Source: Spirochaetia bacterium
GTDB taxonomy: Bacteria; Spirochaetota; Spirochaetia; SZUA-6; Bin103
Reading direction: 5' to 3'
DNA length: 64,000 bases
Assembly: GCA_965203905.1 (NCBI GenBank)
Contig: CBDBDQ010000005.1
Location: 5,120,001 to 5,184,000 of the forward strand
Under the pieces are notes generated by a model that did no database searches, had not been told where the DNA came from, and saw only the letters and a program-made list of their open reading frames with translations. Positions 47,991 to 57,711 of the stretch are shown in pieces. Position 1 is the stretch's first letter, and each line of letters opens with the position of its first letter. The position numbers and the translations under genes are program-made.

Positions 47991-49088
47991 TCAGGGAACC
48001 ACCGCGGCGCGCAGAACCGTGCGCTCCGCCGCCCGCCGGAAGGCCTCGTCGAGCTGGTCGAGCGTGAACCGGGCGTCGACGATCTCCCGGAACGGAAACC
48101 GGTGGCGGTTGGCTACCACGAAGTCCAGCGCCTGTATCAGGTGCCGCGGGTGGTAGTTGTGCACGCCGCGCAGCGTGATCCAGTTCTTCACCAGCAGGTT
48201 GGCATCGATGGTGACGTCGGCGTGGGGGGTGACGATGCCGCCCAGGGTGTAGCGGCCGCCGACACGCAGCATCGCCAGTCCGTCCGGAATCACGGCGGCA
48301 TTGCCGCACACCTCGATCACCGCGTCGACGCCGTCGGGTGGTGCCAGCTCGCGCACCGCGGCCACCACGTCAGCCGAGTCGCGGCCGGACACGTCGATCA
48401 CGACATCCGCGCCGAACCTGCCGGCCGCCGCGAGGCGGTCTCCCACACTGTCGAGGCCGACCACGCGCCGGGCGCCGCGGGCCTTGGCGATCGCGCACGC
48501 GTACAGCCCCAGCAGGCCCAGCCCCTGGACGGCCACCACGTCGCCCATCGCGATCCGCGTCGCCTCGGTGATCGCGGTCACGGTGGCGACGCCGCAGTTG
48601 ATCGGGGTCGCCTCTTCGTCGCTCAGCTCCTCCGGTAGCTTCAGGATCGCGGTACCGGGCAAGACGTAGCAGTACTCGGCGAAGCCGCCCAGGAAATGCG
48701 GGTCGTCGGCCACCAGGTCGTGCCCGTATTTTCTTACCCCCACTGACTTCTGCGGCAGGTCGTGGACTTCCCGGTAGTAGGATGGGCCGTGGTGGAAAAA
48801 CTCGGTCCAGGTGATGCGGTCGCCGACTGCCACCGGATCGCCGCGCAGGTCGGTCTCGATGTCCGCGCCGAGCTGATCGATGATGCCGATGATCTCGTGG
48901 CCGAGGATTCCCGGGCACGGGTTGGGTCGATGGCCGTGGTAGGAATGGATGTCGGAGCGGCAGATGGTCGACATCGTGACCCGTACCAGGACCTCGTCGC
49001 GGCGCGCGTCGCGCAACGGATAGCGGCGGATGACGAACGGCGTATTGGGTGCGTCGTAAACGGCGGCGCGGGCCGTACGTGGTGCCAC
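47991..49088 (-). CDS. Zn-dependent alcohol dehydrogenase, phosphonate-catabolism-associated type
   Basis: ICRSDIH, GHE, LPQK...RKYGH, GLGLLG, GVHNYHP. Confidence 0.88.
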   Translation of the reverse strand: MAPRTARAAVYDAPNTPFVIRRYPLRDARRDEVLVRVTMSTICRSDIHSYHGHRPNPCPGILGHEIIGIIDQLGADIETDLRGDPVAVGDRITWTEFFHHGPSYYREVHDLPQKSVGVRKYGHDLVADDPHFLGGFAEYCYVLPGTAILKLPEELSDEEATPINCGVATVTAITEATRIAMGDVVAVQGLGLLGLYACAIAKARGARRVVGLDSVGDRLAAAGRFGADVVIDVSGRDSADVVAAVRELAPPDGVDAVIEVCGNAAVIPDGLAMLRVGGRYTLGGIVTPHADVTIDANLLVKNWITLRGVHNYHPRHLIQALDFVVANRHRFPFREIVDARFTLDQLDEAFRRAAERTVLRAAVVP

Positions 49089-49099
49089 GAGGTCGCCCC

Positions 49100-50374
49100 T
49101 CAGGCCGTGCCGTTGATGGCGTAGTCGAAGATCTGGTGGTTCAGCAGTTGCTCCGACCGCGCGCGTGCGCGATAGCCGGCGTTCAGCGGCCGGCTGACGA
49201 TGAACGGCACGTCGCGCTCGGACAGTCCGCCGTGGGTACGCAGCCGCTCGCCGTGCAGGTCAGCCAGGTCGTGATCGGCGCGCCCCATGCCGACGCAGTA
49301 ATCCGCGGTGGAGATCACGGCGACATCTCCCTCCACGTCTGCGGGAAGGTCGAACCGCTGCGCCGCTTCCTCCCGCTCCAGCACCTCTTCGATCCCCTGC
49401 AGCGGGCGAATGAAGTCGGCCACGGCGTGCGCCTGCACGCCGCCGAAGCAGTAGACCCGAACGAAGCCGCCCAGGGATCCGTGGTGGCCCACGAACGCGT
49501 CGGTAATCGGGCAGATCACCCTGGTGGCCCCGGTGCCGAAGCGCTGGTCCAGGAGATCCTGCAGGTAGACGATGTTGTAGCTCCCGTCGGCGGCGCACTT
49601 GTCCTTCATGCCGTGGTCGGCGGTCAGTGCGACCGTCGCACCCAGTTCCTCGAGGCGTGCGAAGCGTCGATCCAGCGCCGCGTAGAAGGCGAGCGCCGCG
49701 TCATGGTCCGGGGCGTACTTGTGCTGCACGTAGTCGGTCAGTGACAGGTACAGGAGCACCGGCGGATCGTCCTGCTCCAGGAACCTGATGCCGGCGTCGA
49801 GCACGAACAGCGACAGTTCCTCCGAGTACATGTCGGGGAGCGGCCGGCCGACGAAGCCCAGGGCGTCCGTTATGCCGTTCTCGGCGCCGGTGCACCGGTC
49901 GGCGTGCTGGGAGGAAAAACAGACGTTGCCGGCAGCGACGTCCAGGCCCTTGCCAAGCTGGGTACGCAGCTTGTCCTTGGCGGTGACCACCACGGTCCTG
50001 GCGCCGGCCTTGGAGAGCACGTCGAACACCGTGCGCGACCTCATCAGTTCGGGGCCGGTCATGACCACGGCCTGGCCGGTGGCGCGGTCGAGATAGAAGT
50101 TGCCGGAGATGCCGTGGACCTTCGGCGGCGCGCCGGTGGCGATCGACATGTTGTTGGGACAGGTGAAACTGGGGATGCCGCAGTGCGCGACTCCGCTGAA
50201 CCCGGCGTCCATGAAGCGGGAGACGGTGGGAATGCGGCCGGCCGCCCGTGCCGCCGCGAAGTACTCCGGGTCACCGCCGTCCACACACACCACGACGGCC
50301 GGGGCGTCGGGAACCCGGTAGGTGACCCCGTTCAACTCTGCTCCGTCAACATCCACTCGGCGACCGTGATCCAT
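49100..50374 (-). CDS. phnA: Phosphonoacetate hydrolase
   Basis: VVCVDG, PSFTCPNNMSIATGAPP.VHGISGN, VTAKDKLR, TDYVQHKYAP, TADHGM, LRTHGG. Confidence 0.92.
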   Translation of the reverse strand: MDHGRRVDVDGAELNGVTYRVPDAPAVVVCVDGGDPEYFAAARAAGRIPTVSRFMDAGFSGVAHCGIPSFTCPNNMSIATGAPPKVHGISGNFYLDRATGQAVVMTGPELMRSRTVFDVLSKAGARTVVVTAKDKLRTQLGKGLDVAAGNVCFSSQHADRCTGAENGITDALGFVGRPLPDMYSEELSLFVLDAGIRFLEQDDPPVLLYLSLTDYVQHKYAPDHDAALAFYAALDRRFARLEELGATVALTADHGMKDKCAADGSYNIVYLQDLLDQRFGTGATRVICPITDAFVGHHGSLGGFVRVYCFGGVQAHAVADFIRPLQGIEEVLEREEAAQRFDLPADVEGDVAVISTADYCVGMGRADHDLADLHGERLRTHGGLSERDVPFIVSRPLNAGYRARARSEQLLNHQIFDYAINGTA

Positions 50375-50484
50375 GCCCCGCCCGTTGTCAAGCCATCCTG
50401 CCGGGCCGGGCGGGCTGCCCTGCCGGGCCGTCCACCTTCACAGACGGTGCACGTACGCCTATAGTGATAGTCGATGGGATCGTG

Positions 50485-50793
50485 ATGAACCGTATCCTCT
50501 TCATCGACGACGCCCAGATCGCCTCGTCGAGGGACGTCGAGCGCAAGATCCACCCAGCCCGCAGGTACCACGGGAACCCGGTGGTCACGTCGGACTGCGC
50601 CTGGGAGGCGGCCGAGGTGATCGTGGGGACCGTGCGCAAGGAGGCCGAACGGTACCGGATGTGGTACCACACCTACGCCACGGGTCCCGGCCGCAACGGG
50701 TTCGATCCCTTCCTCCGCTCGCTCCACCTCTACGCCGAGAGCGCTGACGGCCCGCACGTGGTCGAAGCCGGAGCTCGGCATCACCGCACCCTG
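50485..50793 (+). pseudogene. N-terminal fragment of a five-bladed beta-propeller glycoside-hydrolase-like protein
   Basis: LFIDD, GNPVV, YRMWY, YAESADG then frameshifted TWSKPELG; paralogous to 56256..57710. Confidence 0.75.
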
Positions 50794-50837
50794 AGAGTGC
50801 ACGTCAGAAATCTGAGGGTGCGGAAGTTTATCAGACG

Positions 50838-51695
50838 ATGAAGTTTCATCTATTGGGTTCGGCCGCCGGCAAGCCAGTACCGAGAGCATTTTGTACTTGT
50901 CGAGGGTGTCAGGCGGCCATCACTGAGGGCGGGCACAGTCTGAGGAGCAGGACGAGCATGCATGTGTATCTCGACGGAGAGGGACCCAGCAACGTGCGCT
51001 ACAAGGTGGATCTGCCTCCGGACACCACTCATCATGTCATCCGGTATCGACTTGATATGACAGCCTTGGAGCACTTACTAATCACCCATGCACACCCAGA
51101 TCACCTTGACACTACGTTCTTGCAGGTAAGAAGACAAGCAATCTCTGGCAGAGAGGCGCTAAGGGAACTCCAAGTCTACGGGAGCGAAGAGGTGGAGGAA
51201 CGCATTCGAGGCGCGGTCATGGACCTCGCTGCATGCAAAGTCAGGTTTCACAGGATGGAACCGTTTTCTTGGATGCGGGTAGGTGACCTCGAAGTTTTTC
51301 CACTCTTGGCATGTCACAACTACCCGACCAAGTGTTTCAACTATGCGCTACGGGCGGAGGGGGTCATGGCCCTCTTGGCCTGGGATACGGGGTATTGGCC
51401 AGACGAAAGCTGGAGAGAGGCGTCGGGTTTGCGGTTTGATGCCGTGTTCCTCGAGTGCACAGTTATCGGGCCGCGGGGACTGTCGCTTGCTCCCCAGCAT
51501 CATGATCTTGCAACATTTCTCTCCATGAAAGAACGGATGAATGAGACCGGACTAATAGAGGAGGACACTCCGTTCATCGCTGTCCATATCGGGGACAATG
51601 GGCTTGTTAGCCATACGGAAGCGCAACGCCTCATGGACCCTCACCACGTTGCCGTTGGCTACGATGGCTTGTTACTCGACTTGGACCGGTCGTAG
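50838..51695 (+). CDS. PhnP-like MBL-fold metallo-hydrolase
   Basis: LLGSAAG..VPRAFCTCRGC...RSRTS and THAHPDH motif. Confidence 0.85.
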   Translation: MKFHLLGSAAGKPVPRAFCTCRGCQAAITEGGHSLRSRTSMHVYLDGEGPSNVRYKVDLPPDTTHHVIRYRLDMTALEHLLITHAHPDHLDTTFLQVRRQAISGREALRELQVYGSEEVEERIRGAVMDLAACKVRFHRMEPFSWMRVGDLEVFPLLACHNYPTKCFNYALRAEGVMALLAWDTGYWPDESWREASGLRFDAVFLECTVIGPRGLSLAPQHHDLATFLSMKERMNETGLIEEDTPFIAVHIGDNGLVSHTEAQRLMDPHHVAVGYDGLLLDLDRS

Positions 51696-52083
51696 CGAAG
51701 AAGCGCGCGAACGACGTGCCCATGCGGACTCATACGAGTGCAGCCGTAGCGCGTCCCGGTACATCGAGATCGATATGGCGATGAAGCGGGAGGCGACTGA
51801 GCGCTGTACCCCGCCAGTCCCCGAGCCGAGGGTAGACATCCCGTGGCGCATCCGGCGGAATGGCGGACCCCTGATCCTCGTCTGCCGCGCTCGATGTTGA
51901 GCAGATCGTTGCAAGGCAGGTACTTACGTCTGTATCGGTTGCATAGACATACGGTGATACGAGGGGCCCACAGGCATCAAGTAGCCACGCCTATAAGTAA
52001 TTGCTGAGTATACGTTTACGGCGGGCTCTAACCTTATCTGGCCGCGGGAGCGAGGATTTGGGCGGATGGGCGGATCCGAGGGG

Positions 52084-52112
52084 TTGACATCGAATCCGAA
52101 AAGGCTTATGAG
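52084..52112 (+). promoter_or_regulatory. Putative sigma70 promoter of the sugar ABC operon
   Basis: TTGACA-N17-TATGAG, ~250 nt upstream of the SBP. Confidence 0.5.
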
Positions 52113-52365
52113 ACTTGGTTATCGTGGAACTTCGGCAAGGCTCGGCTTGGGGAGAGCCCCGAACGGACTTCTTACCCCTCTCCTCGGGCCCTCCGCGGGG
52201 GGCTGACTGCTACTTATCCCGGGAGCTGGGCTCCCCGTGAAATGTCTCCCCGGGATTGCTGGAAGAACCTCGATTCTTTGCAGAAGGAGGTGATGAGTGC
52301 ACTCGTCTTCTTCCAAGAAGGAAGAAGTTCGTTTATCCTGACACAGAAATGGAGACGAAAAAGCT

Positions 52366-54042
52366 ATGAAAACAACAAGAATCGTAGCGATTACCTTGAC
52401 GATTCTCCTGCTTCCTGTCCTCTACCTGGCTGCAATGGCAGAAGGAGAAGCAGCGGCTCCGGCCGAAATGATGGAGATCACATGGATTGGCGAGACCTCG
52501 ATTGGAGAGGCGGGGTCAGTTCCTGAGGACAGCTGGGTAGGGCAGCAACTGAAGCAAAAGTTCCCTGACGTTCGTATCATTCCGGTGAATGTCGATCAGT
52601 GGAATGTCGACTTGTTGAAGATACTGGTCTCATCGGGAGATATGCCAGATTTTGGCTACTACGACCGGCTGCAAGGGGAGACCTGGAACTTCTACAAAGA
52701 CGGTGCTACGCGGTCGATACCGCATGCCATGATCAGAGAACACGCGCCTAACATGTCCAAATGGTACGATGACCGGCCGCCGGCGTGGCTGCTGAATGTG
52801 GTCCCTGGGACGGACGAGAAGTACGCTCTCGTTGGTTTGAAGGATTACAAGCTGGGGGTCATGTACCTGCCCTTTTTCAGGTACGACTGGCTTGAGAAAA
52901 TCGGCATGGAACCGCCGAGCGTCATCGATCTGGAGCCTGACAAAGATCCCGGCAAGTACCTCTGGGCGCAGCACCGGTATAGTCTCGACGAGCTGGAAGC
53001 TATCCTCGTAGCATTTCGGGACGAAGATCTGGACGGCAACGGCAAGCACGATACCGTGCCATGGGCCTTGGACCAGCGCTTCACGAGGTGGCGTTCACTG
53101 CATGAAATGTTTGGATTGGTGTGGGAGTGGAACATCGAGGAGAACGGCGAGACAGTACTCGCACCTGTGTCAGAGGCGGCGAAAGAGTATTTGAAGCTGA
53201 TGCAGAAGTGGTACGAGATGAAGCTCGTGAACTCGGATTTCCCGAATGTTACTTCGGAGCAGGTGCGAGCGTTCATGCACGAAGGAATAGCCGGTGTAAG
53301 TACCGGCGCTTACAGTCACTTGGGGATCAGGGCAGAACAAGACGCCAAATGGCCACAGGCACTCCTCGCCAATAATCCTGGAGCCAAGCTGGTAATGACC
53401 GATCCTTTCATGGGTCCTGCAGCATTCAACTCAGGTGCGTCGTCGAGCGTTCAGTCCTCTTCCTGGCAGTTCAACACGATAGTGGCGGAAAGGGTATCCG
53501 ATGAAAAACTGGCAAAATCCCTTGAGATCTGGGACTATCTCAATGGCACACTAGAAGGTCATGTGATGGCCATTTACGGTGAGCCCGGGGTGCACTTCAA
53601 TTGGGCTGGTGAGCCCTTTGGTTCCTACGCCCAGAGATTACCCTTGTCTACCGCGGAAGGAATGGGAGGAGAGGAAGGATTCCGGTTTTACCAAGGCGGC
53701 AATCACTGGCCTATCGAATGGATGATACACAGGGACCCACCGGAGTTCAGGGCCTTGATCGACTACTACCGAGACTCCGCTCCAGCGTTTACCCTTTACA
53801 TGCACCGAGAGGATCTGTTCGGTGAAACAGATTACTTGAATGCACGAAAGAGATATGCTGGAGACCTTGAGACAATACTTGCTGAGTTCTTCTACAACGC
53901 GATGACTGGTCAGCTTGACATTGATGCTGAATGGGACAACTATGTTGAAACGTATATGGGCGCCGGCGGCGCCGAAGTGCTGGCAGAGATTCAAAAGGCG
54001 CCACTCGTCTCGGGGTTGAGGCAAGGCGAGAAGATCTACTGA
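52366..54042 (+). CDS. Carbohydrate ABC transporter substrate-binding protein (family 1)
   Basis: Signal peptide, SSGDMPD, RYDWLEKIG, DLDGNGKHDTVP, YGEPGVHF, WDNYV. Confidence 0.9.
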   Translation: MKTTRIVAITLTILLLPVLYLAAMAEGEAAAPAEMMEITWIGETSIGEAGSVPEDSWVGQQLKQKFPDVRIIPVNVDQWNVDLLKILVSSGDMPDFGYYDRLQGETWNFYKDGATRSIPHAMIREHAPNMSKWYDDRPPAWLLNVVPGTDEKYALVGLKDYKLGVMYLPFFRYDWLEKIGMEPPSVIDLEPDKDPGKYLWAQHRYSLDELEAILVAFRDEDLDGNGKHDTVPWALDQRFTRWRSLHEMFGLVWEWNIEENGETVLAPVSEAAKEYLKLMQKWYEMKLVNSDFPNVTSEQVRAFMHEGIAGVSTGAYSHLGIRAEQDAKWPQALLANNPGAKLVMTDPFMGPAAFNSGASSSVQSSSWQFNTIVAERVSDEKLAKSLEIWDYLNGTLEGHVMAIYGEPGVHFNWAGEPFGSYAQRLPLSTAEGMGGEEGFRFYQGGNHWPIEWMIHRDPPEFRALIDYYRDSAPAFTLYMHREDLFGETDYLNARKRYAGDLETILAEFFYNAMTGQLDIDAEWDNYVETYMGAGGAEVLAEIQKAPLVSGLRQGEKIY

Positions 54043-54293
54043 GGGTCTGTCTTTAGTCCTCGTCACCAGGTCGTTAGTCCGCGCGCGCAGGGCGGCGGGA
54101 GATTCGTCAAACGCTGCCTTGCCGCCGCGGATGGTGACAACACTCTCATGGCCAAAGGCTTCTACGTCGAGCGCACCCAGGCGGCGTGCTAACGTCACGG
54201 GACTGGCGTGTCGGTGCCTTGAAGCGGTGCCCCTGCCTCGACTGTACCTCCGGTGCTTCCCGTGAGACATGACGACGGTGCGTGGCAAAAACT

Positions 54294-55286
54294 ATGAAAG
54301 AAGCTTCCGCGGGAGACTCTTCTATCACGAAACAAGAACAACAGCATTTCAGCAACGCTCAAAGTGCGAGTCGTCTACTGCTCAAAGAGCGGTTCCAGAA
54401 AGCACGCCGGATGAAAATGCTCTATCTTCTCTTGCTTCTTCCCCTTGTGTTGGTAGTCATCTTTCACTATCTACCGATGTATGGTGTGCTAATTGCTTTC
54501 AAGGACTATCGATGGGGCTGGGGTGTCCTGAAGAGCCCGTGGAACAATTTCGAGCATTTCAAGATCTTCTTCTCCAGCCCATTCTTCGGTCGCGTCCTGT
54601 TCAATACAATCTACATTTCTCTCTTGAGGATCATCTTCGGGTTTCCAGCTCCTATACTGCTGGCGTTGCTGGTAAATGAGATAAACAACAATACCTTCAA
54701 GAAGACACTACAGACCGTCTCTTATCTACCCCACTTCATGTCCTGGGTCGTCTTGGCAAGTATTATATCGGAGTTCTTCTCACCGACCAGAGGGCCGGTC
54801 GGCTACCTATACACTCTGCTCGGCTTGGAACCGGTTAACTGGCTGAACAATCCGGATATGTTTCGCAGCCTGTTGGTCGTTACCGGCATCTGGAAAGAGG
54901 TGGGCTGGGGGGCCATAATCTACTTGGCAGCGCTATCTTCAATTGACCCGTCTTTGTACGAGAACGCGGTTGTTGACGGCGCCAACCGGTTTCAAAGAGC
55001 GCGCCATATTACGCTGCCATCGCTCGTTCCTATCATGACAATACTGTTCATTTTGGGTCTTGGAGATATACTCGAGGCGGGATTTGAGCAGATCTTCAAC
55101 CTGTACAGTCCATTGGTGTATTCCGTGGCGGACGTTATCGACACCTACATTTACCGAGCAGGCATTCTCGATCAGAAGTTTGGTTTTACCGCGGCGGTAG
55201 GTCTCTTCAAGAACACCTTCGGGCTGCTCCTGATACTGGCGTCGAACTTCGTCATTCGGCGATTCAGTGAGTACGGCATCTGGTAG
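54294..55286 (+). CDS. Carbohydrate ABC permease (LplB-like)
   Basis: YLPMYGVLIAFKDY, QTVSYLPHFMSWV, IDPSLYENAVVDGANR. Confidence 0.93.
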   Translation: MKEASAGDSSITKQEQQHFSNAQSASRLLLKERFQKARRMKMLYLLLLLPLVLVVIFHYLPMYGVLIAFKDYRWGWGVLKSPWNNFEHFKIFFSSPFFGRVLFNTIYISLLRIIFGFPAPILLALLVNEINNNTFKKTLQTVSYLPHFMSWVVLASIISEFFSPTRGPVGYLYTLLGLEPVNWLNNPDMFRSLLVVTGIWKEVGWGAIIYLAALSSIDPSLYENAVVDGANRFQRARHITLPSLVPIMTILFILGLGDILEAGFEQIFNLYSPLVYSVADVIDTYIYRAGILDQKFGFTAAVGLFKNTFGLLLILASNFVIRRFSEYGIW

Positions 55287-55301
55287 GAGCGTAATTACCG
55301 G

Positions 55302-56195
55302 ATGAGAGATGTAGCACTAGCGGAGAAGTCCACAATCGGACGGATATTCGATTCGTTCAATTATCTTGCGCTTTGTATTTTTGCGTTCTCCATTCTGTAT
55401 CCTTTCTGGCACTTGGTACTTACCTCGTTTGCCAAGGAATCCACGTCTTTATCTCTGGGATTTCACCTGTGGATCGAGGAATGGACCATTCACGCCTGGG
55501 AGTATGTGTTATCGACGCAGGGTGTAGGGGTAGGCTACTTCAACACGATCTTGCGAACGTTTACTGGATCTCTGCTCACACTCGTAGTCACACTCTTTGC
55601 CGCCTACCCGCTGGCGCATCGAGATCTTCCGGGTAGAACGCCCTTGACCATATTATTCCTGGTCACTTTGTTTTTTTCGGGCGGGCTGGTGCCAACGTAT
55701 TTGGTGATCAGGAGTCTCGGCTTGATCAACAATCGACTGGTTCTCATTCTGCCACCGGCCTTGAACGTATACTACATCATCATCATGAGAAACTATCTGA
55801 TGACTATTGACAAGGCGGTTGAAGAGTCGGCTTTGGTGGATGGAGCGAACTATTTGACGATTCTATTCAAGATCATTGTCCCACTGGCCAGACCGGTAGT
55901 AGCGACGCTGCTACTGTGGACGGCCGTGTTTCACTGGAACGCGTGGTTCGATGCACTAATCTATATCAGGGACGATAATAAGAGGGTTTTGCAGCTGATT
56001 GTAAGAAGGCTTTACGAAATGGTGTCGGCGAGCGCTGAAGTCCGAGAGTATTGGGAGGACATGGGCGTACGCTTCCCCCCACAATCCGTGCAGGCAGTCA
56101 TGGTTCTCGCCACGATCGGACCGATCATACTCTTATACCCGTTTGTGCAAAGGCATTTCATCAAAGGAATAATGTTAGGTTCACTAAAAGGTTAA
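55302..56195 (+). CDS. Carbohydrate ABC permease (LplC-like)
   Basis: FSGGLVPTYL, EESALVDGA, YPFVQRHFIKGIMLGSLKG. Confidence 0.93.
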   Translation: MRDVALAEKSTIGRIFDSFNYLALCIFAFSILYPFWHLVLTSFAKESTSLSLGFHLWIEEWTIHAWEYVLSTQGVGVGYFNTILRTFTGSLLTLVVTLFAAYPLAHRDLPGRTPLTILFLVTLFFSGGLVPTYLVIRSLGLINNRLVLILPPALNVYYIIIMRNYLMTIDKAVEESALVDGANYLTILFKIIVPLARPVVATLLLWTAVFHWNAWFDALIYIRDDNKRVLQLIVRRLYEMVSASAEVREYWEDMGVRFPPQSVQAVMVLATIGPIILLYPFVQRHFIKGIMLGSLKG

Positions 56196-56255
56196 GAACG
56201 ATTGAATACGATCCTGCTACCGTCCCTGACAGGCGGCTGACAAACCAGTGCGCAG

Positions 56256-57710
56256 CTAGGCGACGAACTGGAACGCGAAGAGCTTCATCGAGCGCATCAC
56301 GAACCGCAGGCGAACGGGTTTTCCGGCGAGCGCCGAGACGTCCTGCTCGCCGCCCCAGGTCACGATCTTTGCCGTGGAGTTTCCTCGCAGCATGTCGGAT
56401 GCCGCGAGATCGTGCGGCTTTATGGGTTTGCCGTTTGGCGTAAGGATCTCAACCTGCAGCCAGCCGCCCGCGCTGCCGTCCAGGTTGAGCTCGAGATGGC
56501 TGCCGGCGAACGTCACCGGCGGGGTGGTGAACTCGCCGCCGTCGTAAGATGCGTCGACCGAAATGAAACCGTCCCGGCGCAACCGTGCGTGGAAGATGGC
56601 GCTCGGCGACTGATCGGCCGCGCGAACCATGTGATGGTGCACGCCGATGCCGGCATAGTATAGCCATATCTCATCACCCACAGGGATCAGCCAGGGGTTG
56701 GCGCAGATCATGCCCGCCGACCGGGAGCCGTCCGCCCCGACGCGAAGAAATGGTTCCCGTGCGGGATGCTGCCACCAGTTGACCGAGTCCCGGCTCGTCG
56801 CCAGCCGGACGTCCAGGGTGGACGGGAATCCGTTTTCTGCCCAGTGGTAGTAGGCATTCGGCAACAGGATGTAGGCACGGGCCACGCCCGGGACCTTCAT
56901 GCCGCCGGGCACGTAGAAGTCCACAGGCGGCCGCCAATCGGGTGCGCCACCGGGAACCGGAGCCGCTTCGTCTTGCTCGTCGGCGCCGAATACAACGTTG
57001 GCCATGGTCCAGTTGCGGAAGTCGTCGGATGTCAGGCGCCCAACTGAACAGGTTCTCTGCCTTCCCTTGGGGAACTTCTTGACGCGGACGAACCCGACGT
57101 ACTTGCCGAGATCCTCATCCCAGAAGCACGTATGCTGCGCATCCGCCGCATTCCCCCGCCTGATAGGGTAACCTTCCTCCTGCAGCAGTTTCCAGTGAAG
57201 CCCGTCCGGGGAGACCATCGCCCAAAGGCCGGTGACGATCCCCTGCTCCCGATCCTCGTCGCTGGCCATGTACTTCGTCCAAAGCTTGTACCGCTCCTCG
57301 GCGGGGCCATGGTCGTCGCGGAACACGGTCGCCCCCTGTTGGCTGGCGTTCGGTGACGGGGGACCAACGATGTTGTTCTCTCTGGAACCGTTGAACGAGA
57401 TAATGCCGAGCACGGGCTTTTCCCAGTGCAAGCCATCGGTGGACTCCGCGTAGCAGAGCAGTTTTCGCGCCCTGCCGTCCGCCCGGGTCTGCACCTCATA
57501 CCACATGCGGAACAGGTCGCCTTCCAGCATCACGGTGTGGTAGCGACCGAACCTGCCCACTTCCCAGGGTCTGTCCAGAGTTAGAACGGGCTCGGCGTCC
57601 TGATACGGGGCGTTCATCTTCAGCTCGACGCCCTTGCTGTCCGCCAGAAACAGCGGGTCGAACAAGAGCTGCCTGTTCGTTCCGATTTCGATCGGAGGCT
57701 TCTCAGCCAT
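56256..57710 (-). CDS. Five-bladed beta-propeller (GH32/43-like) hypothetical hydrolase
   Basis: RQLLFD, FRMWY, YAESTDGLHWEKP, SPDGLHW, LRRDGFIS, LFAFQF. Confidence 0.8.
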   Translation of the reverse strand: MAEKPPIEIGTNRQLLFDPLFLADSKGVELKMNAPYQDAEPVLTLDRPWEVGRFGRYHTVMLEGDLFRMWYEVQTRADGRARKLLCYAESTDGLHWEKPVLGIISFNGSRENNIVGPPSPNASQQGATVFRDDHGPAEERYKLWTKYMASDEDREQGIVTGLWAMVSPDGLHWKLLQEEGYPIRRGNAADAQHTCFWDEDLGKYVGFVRVKKFPKGRQRTCSVGRLTSDDFRNWTMANVVFGADEQDEAAPVPGGAPDWRPPVDFYVPGGMKVPGVARAYILLPNAYYHWAENGFPSTLDVRLATSRDSVNWWQHPAREPFLRVGADGSRSAGMICANPWLIPVGDEIWLYYAGIGVHHHMVRAADQSPSAIFHARLRRDGFISVDASYDGGEFTTPPVTFAGSHLELNLDGSAGGWLQVEILTPNGKPIKPHDLAASDMLRGNSTAKIVTWGGEQDVSALAGKPVRLRFVMRSMKLFAFQFVA

Positions 57711-57711
57711 G

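Noticed and set aside
52180-52270. SAM-I or cobalamin riboswitch
   Set aside because: TTATC is present but the other conserved core elements are absent.
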